From Chrysomallon squamiferum (lineage: Eukaryota; Animalia; Mollusca): DNA of 64,000 nt. Positions 40,757 through 55,070 of the stretch are shown piece by piece (within the stretch, counting starts at the first letter, position 1; each line of letters begins with the position of its first letter). The stretch covers positions 434,001 to 498,000 of the forward strand of contig CM022667.1 of assembly GCA_012295275.1 (NCBI GenBank), given 5' to 3'. A program made the translations under genes and the position numbers. The notes below the pieces were generated by a model. That model did not search any database. It was not told the DNA's origin and saw nothing but the letters and a program-made list of their open reading frames with translations.

Positions 40757-41189
40757 AAAGATGCATGTCTGAGCACACACAAACATGGTATTTCACAAAT
40801 CCATCTGAGTCTGTCTGAGTGTGTGTATGTATGTATTTATTTGTATATAAATACACATCTGCATGTCTGCTATCTACCTGTATGTATATTTGAATGTATA
40901 TATACATTTTTATGTATGTGTGTGTGTGTGTGTGTGTGCATGTGCGTGCATGCATGTGGATGGATGGATGGATGTATGGATGTTTCTAAACAGTTCACAA
41001 TTATAACCAGTTTTTACAACCATATTTATATTTCAACACTATTACATCACCATTCAAAACCATGTTCACAATATTTCAACACTTTAATGTAATTTCACAA
41101 CCACTTTCATGACGTTTCGACACTACAACATCACTTTTTACAACCACTTTCCTAATATATCAAAACTCAGTTCAAATATTCTGACTACA

Positions 41190-41203
41190 GTTGCCATGGC
41201 AAA
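41190..41203. promoter_or_regulatory. RFX X-box-like palindrome
   Basis: GTTGCCATGGCAAA, a 13/14 match to GTTGCCATGGCAAC, within a block of non-repetitive intronic sequence. Confidence 0.4.
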
Positions 41204-42484
41204 GACATAAAGAAGTGATTGGCCAGTCAGTCCCACAATGTCCATTTGTCTTGACCAGAAAGGACATTTAAATTCTTCCAGCTTTTGTTTCATCAACCTG
41301 TGTAATCTCTTTTCCTTTTCTGCCAAAGAAAACACCTGCTCCTTAATATTCCAATCCGACCATCTTCCTGTGCCAACGTCCACTGTTGTCAAGGCTAATT
41401 ATCTCCCTTGGGTATCCGACGGCAACAGTACTTGTTAGTTGAAAATTACAATTCCATTAACTCGTTAAATGAGTGACACGATTGTATAAAAATAACTGAG
41501 CAGTCTGGCATTGTCTCTGTAGGTTTGGGGTGGTGACATTTGTGTTTTCACTGTTTTAAAGAGCTGAAGAGTTCTGCAAGGGGGTTGCTACTCTTTGATA
41601 TATTTAGATTTTTTGTGGGAAAATTAACATTGGAAGAATTGTTTTTGATACCATTTTGATATTTGTCATTATTATTATTATTATTTTTAATATTATAATT
41701 ATTTTCTTATTATTATTGTTAGTGTTTATTATTATTATTTTTATCATTATTATTATTTTCTTCTTATTATTGTTAGTTTTTAGTATTGTAATTGTTTTGT
41801 TTTTTTTTTTGTAGTTGTAATTCATCTTCTTCTTCTTCTTCCTCTTATTGTTATTATTATTATTATTATGTAGTAACTGTTGTTTTTATGTTTTGATAAA
41901 GATAAGTGTTTTGGATTTTTTCATTTTATAATTCTATGATTTACTGTATTTCAGTATGAATTTCAGCTGGATAATTATTATTATTATTACTAACATTTTT
42001 GTTGTTGTTGTTCTACATTTATACTAATGATGATTATTTTGTGAATGTATGTCTCCAACATATCATCTATGATGTTATCATTTTTTTTTTTTTTTTTTTT
42101 TTTTTATACACCTAAATTAAAACAGATTTTTATATCAAATGACAGATTACACTGAATTCATGTTCAAAATAAAAATATATAACTTTTTAATCCACAAATA
42201 ATTTATACTGTTGTTTATGAAATAATGTCATGGATATTGATTTGTTATTTTGACCTTGAATTAAGTTTATCTCTTTTTTTCTTTTTTTCTGCAAAGTTTT
42301 TTTTTTTTTTAGGGTAATTTTTACTGGTTAACTAGGTTTTGCTAATGAATATTTAACCTACTAAAAAGACCACAGTGTTCTCATTACTGAGGAAAATTAT
42401 CTTGATGATAATTTAATTTAATTCTTGTGATAATAAATCTGGCAAAAAAAAAAAAAAATACATTTTATTTATATATATATATAG

Positions 42485-42540
<56 letters not shown>

Positions 42541-43309
42541 TATATTTAAATCTTTTCTTTTTTAAAATATAACCAAAGATAAGTTCATTATAGATATATA
42601 CTTATCTTTGAACTGTTCTGTTTTTTTTGATGTTACAACTTGTATAGAACAAAGGAATGATATATATATATTTTTTTAAAATTTAATCTACTATGAGCAC
42701 ATTTTTCATTCTTAGTTATATTTTACATATATTGTGAAGTTTTCTACAGATAATGAAAAAGAAAACCCATTTTCATGCAAAAGCTTTTTCTTTAAAAACT
42801 TAGCACTATATGGAGCGTTTTCTAAAAAAATTAACAACTTCAACAATAACAACTACAACAACACAACTACTGCAATAATAATAATAATAATAATAAAACA
42901 GTTTTAAAATGAAATAAACAGAAAATCACTAACTGCAATATAATACTTTCTGTTCAGCTATCTGACTACATCTTCCTACTAAGCAAGCCATCAGTCAATA
43001 TTCTTCCAGTTTGAATCTCTTTTTCCATTTCATCGGTTTCACTTTCCATTCATTTCACTCTTAATGTTTCTTACTGTTTCATGATCAAATACAACAGATC
43101 ATCAGTCTATTACCCATAATTCCCTAAAACCATGAAAACACATCTTTAGTCATTTTAATTTTCATTCTAATTGAATTTTGGCATTAAGCATTAATTATAT
43201 AATTATGTTTATGAATTTATCTGAGTCTGCAGGTGTCATACGTTATGGTAAATAATTTTCTTACAAATAAATAATTCACACAGGTTATATATATCACCTC
43301 CTGTCCCAT

Positions 43310-43820
43310 TGGATTCGGTAATAAGGAATAGTTTTTGCCAAAGGTTTCAGGAATAGGAAGTAGTTCTTCCCAAGGGTTTGAGTCAAGGAATATTTGTCCC
43401 AAGGGTTTCAGATAAGGAATAGTTGTCCCTCAGGTTTTTAGGAATGTCATTCCTGATTATGAATAAGAAATATTCTACTCCTTGGATTTCAGATAAGGAA
43501 TAGCTGTCTGCAAGGTTTCAAAAATAAGGAATAGTTGTACCCCAGGTTTTCAGTTGAAGAATAATGCCATGAACACTTCCAGGAATAGGAATAGTCATTA
43601 TTATCAACCATTTCACTAGTAAGGAATAACTCGATACCCCAGGAATTTTAGATAAGGAATAATAACTGTCAGTGATTTCAGAAAAGGAATAACTGTTGCT
43701 CAGGACTTCAGGAATAAAGAACAGTTATCTCTAAACTTTTCAGGAATAAGGAAATCACCCAACAATTTCAGGAATAAGGACCAGCTGTAACCAAGGATTT
43801 CAGGAATAAGGAATAAATAT
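43310..43820. repeat. Degenerate minisatellite, unit about 30 bp
   Basis: TTTCAGGAATAAGGAATAG core recurring roughly every 30 bp. Confidence 0.8.
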
Positions 43821-45479
43821 CAGCAACCAAAAACTAATTTTTTTACCTATTAGGAAATACTCTATTTCAGTATGAATCCTTTTTTTTATTTAAACTTTCC
43901 CTTGTGGCAATGCTGAAAACAAAAATGGATGCCCACTTCTGGCTTAGTACGTAGCAGTAAATCAATACTTTTCTTTTTCCTGTAGTTACAAATTTTCTTT
44001 ATTTCAAAACGGAAATCTTTTTCTTCAGTTGAACTTTATCGGACTTGGAAGTTAACAGTTAATGACATTGAGACTCGGAGAAAACTGACGTCTGTTAGTG
44101 TTTCTGTCAACACCAATTTTCTCAAGACAGATGTCTTTTCTCCGTTTAGTTTCCGAAAAAGAAATTTTTCATTTAAAAATGTAGAAGAATTTGTTTGTTT
44201 CAGATATTTGTTTTTTGTTTTCAGAAATGTTTCTGTTTCGTAAATTATTTTTTAGTTTCGGAAATTATTTTGGATTTAAGAATTTTAAAAAATAACTTCA
44301 TGTTTTTGGTGTTTGTTAAATAAATATTTTAAATTCAGAATTAATTTTTAGTTTAGAAAAGGTTTTACATTTTAGAGATCTTTTATGGTTTAAAAATGTT
44401 TTTTTTTTCTTTTTTCTTAATTTCAGAAATAATTTGTATCAAGAATATTTTAGAATAAGAAATAATTTTGTGTTTTGTAGTATATTTGTTTTATATTCTT
44501 TCATTTTTACAAATCATTTTCATCTTCAAAATAAGTTAATTTTCTGGAACCTTTAGGATTTAAAATATTTTTTATTTTAAAATATCTTTTTAAGTTATCA
44601 AAATTAATTATATTTGCATTGGTTTTGTTAATCCAAAAAATATCTGTAATATTTGGTATTATTTTATTTTACTTTAAGAAATATTTTAGTTTCAAATTTG
44701 ATACAATCATATAAAATAATTTTCAAATTCAGAAAATCATTTTTACATACAAACATTTTTAAAGTATGAAAAAACCCCATCTTAAAGCTTTGGGAAATTT
44801 AACATTTAAAAAAAAATCAAAAATAAATAAATAATCACACATAGTCTCTTCTCTTTTAAATCCTAAAGGAACTATTTTTTTTTTTTTTATTGCTAAACTT
44901 GTTTTTGCAATTACTTCTAATGCCAAAGACTTGTAATGCTGGTGCCAAATCAACCTCATGTGGGAATACTCTAAATTTGTTAACGTAACCAGATTGGAAA
45001 GTGTATAGAGTAAATGACACCAAGATTCTGTATTAGAGGCTGGGGATTTCAGTCCACAAACACCTGTAGTCTGTGAGCTGAAAATTGATGCTTAAAAATC
45101 CATTACCTTGCTTCTGCGCTGCTTAACTTGCAAGCTGATGAATTGTATCATATAATCATCAACGTCGAAATGACCTCAGACCAAAAACATATCGAGTTCA
45201 CTCATTTGGTACGAAGAAAGGAAATAAAGATTTTTTTCTTCCTTTCTCTCTCTCTCTTTCATTTTCGCTGGCATCGTTTTACAAATAGAGATATGGATAC
45301 ACTTTGTATTAGACAGGATGGACTGTGTAGAAAATAAATATCTGTATTGTGTTGCACAGTACTTGCGTTAGCAGTCGAGTGAATAGCCTTTTGTACGAAA
45401 TAGCCAGGGACAATGACGACGACAAATATGATATTTGTATTACACAGTGTACTTTGTAGAAATGACAAATATAAGTTGT

Positions 45480-45830
45480 ATTACATACTAGGAGGGCCAA
45501 ATATATTGTATTATATAGAAAGAGAGCCTAATATGGTGTATTACTTACTAGGAGAGCTAAATGTATTACATAGTAGGAGAGCCATGCTAGAAGAGCCAAA
45601 TAAAAGTTGCATACTAGGAGAGCCAAATATAAGCTATATTACAGACTAGGAGAGCCTAATATAAGCTATATTACAGACTAAGAGAGCCAAATATAAGCTA
45701 TATTACATACTAGGAGAGCCTAATATAAACTACATTACAAACTTAGAGAGCCAAATTCAAATATATGTTGTATTACAGACTAGTAGAGCTAATAAATGTT
45801 TTATTGCATACTAGAGCCAAATATAAGTTG
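45480..45830. repeat. Minisatellite, unit about 32 bp
   Basis: Unit CTAGGAGAGCCAAATATAAGCTATATTACAGA, about 10 copies. Confidence 0.88.
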
Positions 45831-46269
45831 ATATAAATTATATTAAACATGAGACTGTGTTCTGGGAGATACAAACACAATGTGACATTTGACCAGCATA
45901 TTAAAATGTGTAAAATAATTTTATGTTAGTCAGTTTTGAAGAGACAGATATGGTATAATTTAAGAGTATATCTGTAAAAGAGGAAAATATTATATTTTAT
46001 TAACCAGTATGCCATGTATATTATTTTACAGATAGAGAGAGATACAGTATCAAATAAATACCATATTAACCATATTAAAACTAAATATATATTATGATAT
46101 TATATTATATTATTCAGTACATATTTTGAAGAGCAAATATAAGACCATATTACACAATTTCAAAGGTTTAATGTAATGCTGGGTTATACAACATCTGTTC
46201 AAAAAAATACAAATGTAATATTGGATATCATATCCCTCATTGAAAGAATAATAGTTTTATCGACACAAT

Positions 46270-47135
46270 ATTGATAAGTGAAATATAATGTCACATTAAA
46301 CAGCATGGAATGTGGAGGAATTAAAAATAATGCTAAAGAGACAAATATAATGTTAAATTAAATGTTCAGGAATTAAAAAAAAATATATATTAAGCATCAC
46401 TGAAGAAATGTAATGTTGTATTAAATGAGGAAGAATTAAAAATAATATTATAATATTATAAAAACAGAAAAAACAATTATAATATCACATTAAGTGTCAG
46501 AATTAAAATATATATATGTTAAACATTAGTGAAGAAATATATTGTCATATTAAATGTGGATGATTTAAAAATTATATATAATGCCATATTAAATATGGAG
46601 AATGGAAAATAATATTATGTTATAAAATACTGAATCACATTAAATGTAATATTAAATGTATAGGAATGAAACAAAAAATATATATTAAACGTTACTAAAG
46701 AAATATATTGTCATATTAAATGTGGATGATTTAAAAATTATATTATATAAAACTGAAGAGACAAATATAATATCATATTAAATGTAGGAATTAAAAATAA
46801 TACTGTATTATGCAATACGATACAAATATAACATCATATATGTATATTAAACGTGGAAAAATTAAAATTAATATGTATTATATTATAAAATACTGAAAAA
46901 ATAAATATAATATCATATTAAATGTAAGAGTTAAAAAAAGAATAATGTATTAAACATTACTGAAGAAATACAATTGTCACATTAAATGTTGATGAATCAA
47001 GAATTATGCAATACCAAACAAATGATAACATCATATTAAACATGGACAAATTAAAACTAATGCTATATTACAAAATGCTGAACAACTATAATAACAAATT
47101 AAAACTAATGCTCTATTACAAAATGCTGAACAAGT
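46270..47135. repeat. Degenerate AT-rich tandem repeat
   Basis: CATATTAAATGT motif recurs; a near-exact duplication of about 39 bp at about 47047 and 47095. Confidence 0.7.
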
Positions 47136-47416
47136 AAAAAAGCCATATACCACCACATCTCCTGTGAAAATTATCATCTCAAGGCTTTGATCAATGGTAG
47201 TAGATGTGTGAACTGGTTACATCGTGAGAAAAATAATAATAAATAATTTTTATTGGTTTATCTATTCTCCACATTGTGGGAGGAATCCGTGGCTCGATTG
47301 CTACATGACTGTCGGCAGCAACGTTTTGCGAAACGCCACTGACACAGACACCTTTGTCAATCGGCGCTGTGTAAGCCGGTGCTGTTGATTAGTTTCTTGC
47401 GGGGACAGCGTCTGAG

Positions 47417-47504
47417 ATGGATTCATGTGCGCTGCCTCCGAGGGAGACTGTTCAGATCAGGATAACGACGGGGAAAGTGACCAATACGTACCAGATTGTC
47501 ACAC
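47417..47504 (+). CDS. Candidate alternative first coding exon (MDSCALPPRETVQIRITTGKVTNTYQIVT)
   Basis: Isolated CpG-rich island at 47280-47510; in-frame stop upstream of the ATG; consensus donor C|GTGAGT in phase 1, the same as exon 31143-31501. Confidence 0.55.
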
Positions 47505-47574
47505 GTGAGTTTTTGAAAAGTATACACATTTTTTTCATTTTACTTTTAAAAATTTTTTTTTTTTTTTTTTTTTT

Positions 47575-47960
47575 TTTTAATTGGTGATGTGGGATATAAG
47601 GTTGGGTGATATATGTTTGCTTGTTTTTTTTTAATTTTTTTTTTTAATTGGTGATTGTGGGATATAAGGTTGTGTGATACATTTTTTTAATATGACATAA
47701 GGTGTGTGATATATATATTTTTTAATATGACATAAGGTGTGTGATATATTTTTTAATATGACATAAGGTGGGTGATATATTTTTTTAATATGACATAAGG
47801 TGGGTGATATATTTTTTTAATATGACATAAGGTATGTGATATATATTTTTAATATGACATAAGGTGTGTGATATATTTTTTAATATGACATAAGGTGTGT
47901 GATATATTTTTTAATATGACATAAGGTGTGTGATATATTTTTTAATATGACATAAGGTGG
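47575..47960. repeat. Minisatellite, unit about 32 bp
   Basis: Unit TTTTTAATATGACATAAGGTGTGTGATATAT, about 9 near-perfect copies plus 2 diverged ones. Confidence 0.93.
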
Positions 47961-50760
47961 AGTTTTTGTTACCGTTTGTTAGTTGATGCGAGTTTTTTGT
48001 TTTAACAGACTGTTGTTTGCTGAATTTAAAATATTTTGCTGCTTTATCATGTACTTTATTGCTGTATCATTAGTGTGATGTATATTATTTTAAATATTTT
48101 TTGAAACTTCTGTGTTAGCTGGTTTTTGGATTGAAGTTTTTTATCCAACATAAAATTGGGTTTTGTACTTTCTCAGTGAATGCAATATTTATTTATGGTT
48201 AAAAATTTTATAATTGTTAATGCAAAATAAGAAGGGTTATGCTGTTTATTAATATGAGGTGATTTTGTTGTGGGGTTTTTCTGAATTTAATGATTTTGTT
48301 GTTGGGTTTTAATTTCAGTAAGAGAAGCAGGTTTTTTTTATTTAAATTGTTAATAAAACAAAGTGAATTTATCTTCTTACCAGTCTGTTTACTGTTAGTG
48401 TTTCTAGTATTTTAAATATTTTGGAGAAAAAGATTGTTAATATAACTCACATAAATTGGGTTTTACCAGTTATAAATTAATATAAGATTTTTCCTATTTA
48501 TTTTCTTTCCTTTTTTTTTTATTTAGAATTTTTAAATTACATTTAGGGAAAGCTTGTTTATGTATCATAAGAAATGCTTAAAAACTGATACAAAATCCAC
48601 AGTTAAATTTGGATCAGTTTTAGGTATTTTAATTAAGATTATCTTATTTTCAAAATTTATAATATTATATAGTTTACAATATGACATAACAGGGTTTTAA
48701 ATTTGTATTGTTTCCTATTTATCATATATTAACCAAGTATATAGTTTTGTATTTTGAGAAATAGTAGTAGTTAACTAGAATATGGAGAACAGCAATTAAT
48801 GGTAAGAGATATTGACTGTGTAGGTGTGTAATACAACAGTTATTATACATAATATATGTGAAAAGTCTCTGGGGAGACTGTTAATTTGCTAATGGGTTGA
48901 TGCAGTACAAACTTGCTATTTACACACCACATGAAAATGTTGAGGCTTGAATATGTATGTATTTATACATATATACATTTATATATTACACACACACAGA
49001 AAAATATGATCACGTAAATAAAACTCATGTACAGGCATTTAGAAAATATACATTATAATGTAGAAACTGAATATAACAATCCAAACAAAAAAAACCAAAG
49101 AGAAATATGCATATACAACACAGACACAAATACACACAAAAACTCACATATGAACACACACACACAGAAACACACACACACACACACAGAAACATACACA
49201 CACACAAACAAACTCACAAACAGCCCTTTAAAACACACATACATACATATATATATACACACATACAAACACATTTATAAACAGTTCATTATATATTGTA
49301 CATACTTAAGCATGTGCATGTATGCATATGTGTGTTGTCATGAAATACGTAAGCAAACAAGTAAGTTAAAAATAAAAACATTTTACAGAAAGTAGAATTA
49401 TTATCATTATTTTTTATTTTATTATTATTATTATTCTTATTATTTTTTATTATTATTTTTTTTTTTATCAAACGAAATTCTAAGAATACAATAATTGTCT
49501 ACTAAATTATACATAAAATTTATCAAGATGGTCATAAAATCTTTGTTTTGTTTTAAAAATGGACAATAAAATAAAAGCAAAGAGATAACATCTTATAAAG
49601 GATGCAATTGTTTAGATCAGGAAACAGAAAAATGTCACTTGGGAAATTAAAACAAATCTTTATTTCTTCTTCTTCTTCCATTTTTTTTAAAGAAAAATAT
49701 CTTGAGTAGAATTAATTAAATTTATACTTATAAAATGTATTTAGATATACATACATACATACATATATATATATATATGTGTGTGTGTGTGTATCTACAA
49801 ACAAAATTTTATTAAAAATGTTCAAATGTCTTTTTCATTTTAAATTGCACTTTATAGGTTTATTTAGCAGTATTTAAGGTTAAACATTTTTAGTAAGATG
49901 AATGATTTTAATGTTTGTTTATCAAGTTTTAAGCGATAATAAAATTAAAATAATGATAATGATAATGATGTTAATGATAATAATGCTAATAATAATGATA
50001 ATGATGATGATTATAATAGTAATATATAAAACAACACTAGTAATAATAAGAATAATAATTAATATCATCACCATAATGGAAAGAATGAAAATAATTTTAT
50101 ATTATTTATCCCATTCTATAAAATATGTCTTTGAAGGCTCATATTTGATTCTATTTAACATAACTTAACTTTGTCTCCAAAAAAACCCCAGAAACTGTAG
50201 CTACTTAACAAAAGCCAGCAAAACTGTTCTTTCTGAAGAGAAACCATTGAAAAATGCCATGCACTGTCACAGAACCATTTAAAAAAAATTCCTATAGTGC
50301 AAGAAAGCCATAGGAAAAGATTCTCATTTTAAAACTTTGGTGCTTGAAAAAAAAAGATGGTTTCCTACTGAAAAAAAAACAACTTTAAAAAGTCTACACT
50401 TTTCAAAATTCTACTTCCGAACAAAACAACAAAACTCCTTCCAGATATTGAAAAGAAAGCAGAAAATGAAAATTTTCTATTTTTAAAGTTGTTACTGAAA
50501 TACAGGCAATGGCAGAATAATCTAAACGAATATTCTGAAAAGCTTGTACTTTATAAAGTAAGTAAAAGATTTGTTTTATATTTCCCTTAATTTAAAAACA
50601 ACAACAGCCACGTAATGATGATGATGATGATATAATAATGATGATGATAATGATAAAGATGGTTCTGATGATGATGATATAATAATGATGATGATAATGA
50701 TAATGATGGTTCTGATGATGATGATAGTAAGAACAATAAAATGAAAAAATCTTTTGTAAG

Positions 50761-50868
50761 AATATATTAAAGATAGATGATCACAAAAGTTTAAAGATTA
50801 ATGTGTATTTGTAAAAAAAAAAAAACTTTTCTTTATTAAGCTGAAATGTTTTATGTTTTAAAGATTAT
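50761..50868. repeat. Dispersed repeat of about 105 bp (second copy at about 52564-52667)
   Basis: Both copies share AATATATTAAAGAT...TCACAAA...TTAATGTGTATTT...TTTCTTTATTAAGCTGAAATGTTTTATGTTTTA. Confidence 0.85.
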
Positions 50869-51844
50869 AATTAATTTTTTTTTTTGTTATATATATTGGT
50901 TATTTTGTTTTATTTTTAAAAATTATACCATTATATATATATAGCAGTTTTTGTCTTGTTATTCAGAATAAAAAAACTTCTGTCAGAAAATATAAAAAAG
51001 GTGATTAACTAGTCTATTACACTTTGAACTGACATTTAAATTTATCTTCCTCAGTTTTTTTTATTCTTCCTGAAAAATGTTGCAGTGTCAAGGAAGTAAA
51101 TTTATCAAGATCAAGCAGTGAAAAAAAAAAAAAATAAATAAATAAAAAGTAAAGAACAGAAAGAAAAGGGAAAAAAGTGGAAAATTAAACCAAAATAAAG
51201 ACAGAAAGCAAAAAAAAAAAAAAATATGTATATATGTATGTATGTATGTATGTATGTAAAAAATTACTGTTATGTGTCACAGATAGATCCTGTCTGTTAC
51301 TTAAGTCTGTTTGTTAAAAAATTATTGTACATGTCAGGCATACTTAAACCTTTCCTTGCAATAACCAGAGATATCAACTCTAAATTTTTATTACTGTTAA
51401 CTGTGGAAACCAGATTTACACTATATCCTAAAAAATAAATAAAAAAAAACACTTTTTGTTATACTGTGAGAAGTGGACACACCCAAGACACACCCAAACA
51501 TCATAACCACCCAGCACATGCTGTCACCTGTGCTGGGGGCCTCAGTTTAATTACAAGTCTTGCAGATTTTGCTGTTAATTTAATTACGCAGCAGATGGTT
51601 TAAATATTTCTTTAATGGCAGCTTATGAATATTCAAAAGGTTTTTTGTCATTCCAGATTACTGTTAAATGATAAATCATTCACATGAGACAAAGATCATC
51701 TTCGGGTTCAGTTTTTATAATATAAGATTCTTTGAGTTATTTCCCATTCCAAATCAGTACTCAGCCTCTGTTACACCACCAAAGTTTGTGATGTATGCAA
51801 GTTTGTACTGTATAATTTTTTTACTGCTGTATAAAAATTTGTAT

Positions 51845-51891
<47 letters not shown>

Positions 51892-52874
51892 ATTCATCTA
51901 TTTAGTTATTTACTTATTTTACTGGTCTATCAAATATTATGGTATACATATATATATATATATATTTTTTTTTTATGGGTTTATCAAAGATTATTGTATA
52001 TTATTTAAATAGATTTATTTATTGTATTATTTTTTTGGTTGCATACAAAAATAAACACAAAGGAATATATAAATGCAATCATACAAACACATACATGCAT
52101 ATACAAACATGCAGAAAGCAAACCACATGACATGTATACACATAAAAAAACACACACACATCCTCAAACATAAACACAGACACACACCCACACACACCCA
52201 CACACACTCATACTGATATATTAAAACTAATATTTCATTATGATGAAAAAAAAAATCATATAACTGTTAACATTTCTTTTTAATTATTATTCATTGTCTA
52301 AGAACTAACAGTTTGCTATATAAAACTGGACAGAATGAAATCATAGCCATCACAACCTTGGTACAAGATTAAAACTATTACCATTTAGATAGATCATCGT
52401 GTTACTATTGAGAATCATAGTCAAATCATTATGACATTCGTGTGACTTTGAGGACAGGATTAAAGTTATTACCATTTGTATATTCTCGTATTACCACCGT
52501 TTAATACAATCTGATATGTCATTACGACTTTTAGCATGTGTAAATGTCTCCAGATGAAGCGAAAATATATTAAAGATGGATGGTCACAAATGTTTAAAGG
52601 TTAATGTGTATTTTGTAAAAATTATTTTCTTTATTAAGCTGAAATGTTTTATGTTTTATAGATTATACTTTCTTTTTTCTTTTCTTTATTTGATATTTTG
52701 AAATGCTTCACTATTACAGATGTTAAAATAATGTTTGGTAAAGATAATTTATTTTTATATTATGAAATTCTGCTAATTTTGAAATAATATTTAGTAAAGA
52801 TATTTTGTTATATTCTGAAATGTTTTGATATCAAAGATATTGAAATCCTATTTTGTGAAGTGAAGATTCCTGTT

Positions 52875-53900
52875 AATCTACAATCTACTTCTAATAATCT
52901 ACTCTCCACTCTTACTAAGCTACACTCTACTCCTACTAAGCTACATTCTACTTCCACTAAGCTACACTCTACTCCTACTAAGCTACATTCTACTCTTACT
53001 AAGCTACACTCTACTTCACTAAGACTCTCTACTAAGCTACATACTAAGCTACATTCTACTCTTACTAAGCTACACTCTACTTCACTAAGCTGCACTCTAC
53101 TTCCACTAAGCTACACTCTACTCCTACTAAGCTACATTCTCCTACTAAGCTACACTCTACTTCCACTAAGCTACACTCTACTCCTACTAAGCTACATTCT
53201 ACTCCCACTAAGCTACACTCTACTCCTACTAAGCTACATTCTACTCCCACTAAGCTACATTCTACTCCTACTAAGCTACATTCTACTCCTACTAAGCTAC
53301 ACTCTACTCTTACTAAGCTACATTCTACTTCTACTAAGCTACACTCTACTCTTACTAAGCTACACTCTACTCTTACTAAGCTACATTCTACTCCTACTAA
53401 GCTACATTCTACTCTTACTAAGCTACATTCTACTCTTACTAAGCTACATTCTACTCTTACTAAGCAACATTACTTCACTATGCTGCACTCTACTTCTATT
53501 AAGATACAATCTACTTCTAGTAAACAACATCTACTTCTACTAAGCTGCACTCTATTTCTACTAAGCTGCACTCTACTTCTACTAAGCTGCCCTCTATTTC
53601 TGCTAAGCTACACTTTTACTAAACTACACACTACAGCTACTAGTCTACCCTCTATTACCACTAAACTATGCTTTAGCTCTAGAAACCTGTACACTATTTT
53701 CTATTAAACTTCACTCTATTCCTCTAAGCTACATCCTTTCCTTCCAAGCTAGCTGCAACCACATTCTAACTAAACTGCAATCCATACGTCTCTACTGAGC
53801 TGCATCCTACTAAGCTACATCCTTCTCCTCCTAAGCTGCATGACAATCCTACAGAACTACACTTCAACACGTCTAAGCTGCATCCTTCTCATATTGAGCT
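52875..53900. repeat. 21-bp minisatellite
   Basis: Unit CTAAGCTACAYTCTACTCYTA, about 25 well-conserved copies decaying toward the 3' end; explains ORFs 52860..53543 and 52808..53095. Confidence 0.95.
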
Positions 53901-54232
53901 GCACAGCACACACTAAGCTACTCAGATTACAAAGAACAATCCTCATCTGTTGTTAACATCCTCTGTACATTGTAACCTCCACATTAAGATTCTGTTAAGC
54001 AGCCACAATCCTTTCTACCCCCATGCTCAGATTATATCAAACACCCACCATACACTGCAAACCCCCCACAGTCAGATCGTAGTAGTCCCCCCCCCAACAC
54101 GCAATAACACAGCACTAGGTTGCATTGGTGTTGAATGCATTAGGATTATATAAGATTTCTAATTTCACACAGTCTGTGTCAAAATTCCTTTTTTTTTTTT
54201 TTTTTTTCTTATTTTAAACATTTTATTCCTGG

Positions 54233-54266
<34 letters not shown>

Positions 54267-54837
54267 ACAAATTCCAACAGCGATGTTGTATAACCCTAAT
54301 TAGTTAACAGAGCCACGATGTCCACTTTCTTTGCTTTTCTTGACACTTCAGCGAGTATCCAGGATACCAGTTCCTTGACAAACTGTCTGTCAGTATTTGA
54401 CAAGGCTTTGGAGTAAAGATACACAAAGCAAAAAAAAAAAAAATAATAATAATAAGAGAGAGAGAGAGAGAGAGATGGAAAATTCTATACGTTTTTCTGT
54501 CGATGTCGTAGATTGAGGGAAAATTCAATAGACTGTGATGCAGTTACATCATTACCAAATTAGTTCAACATTAAAAATGAATTAAGCTTGAAGGGGTAAA
54601 AAAAAATGTATATATATATAAAAAATGAGAAAAATGTTTTTTTTGATGTTACAAGTGAATTAAATTTGTTAAGTTATTTATATAAGTTGTTTTTTTAATA
54701 CTAGTTCAGTGATTTGAAGTTGATAGAAAACAATTTTTAATGTGTTTGTTTTTTAAATAATTATTTGGGATTATAAATATTTTGATTTCTTTTAAAAAAA
54801 TGTTTCAAATTACAGTTCTGAGATGACAAATTTAATT

Positions 54838-54872
<35 letters not shown>

Positions 54873-54973
54873 GTGAAAAAAAAAAAAAAAAAAAAAGAAA
54901 ATGTAATTATTTTTAATAATAGTAGGATATCAAAAACTGAAATGTGTTAATAAATATATAAATAAATAAATAT

Positions 54974-55015
<42 letters not shown>

Positions 55016-55019
55016 ACAC

Positions 55020-55070
<51 letters not shown>

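Noticed and set aside
41138-41392. Protein-like 84-aa minus-strand ORF
   Set aside because: Non-ATG start, no polypyrimidine acceptor or clear donor, and no recognisable family.
43310-47960. Arrays with periods of about 30-32 bp resembling CRISPR repeats
   Set aside because: Units are head-to-tail with no unique spacers, there are no cas genes, and the context is a eukaryotic intron. They are ordinary minisatellites.
52860-53543. 227-aa ORF
   Set aside because: Entirely the 21-bp minisatellite, with a non-ATG start.
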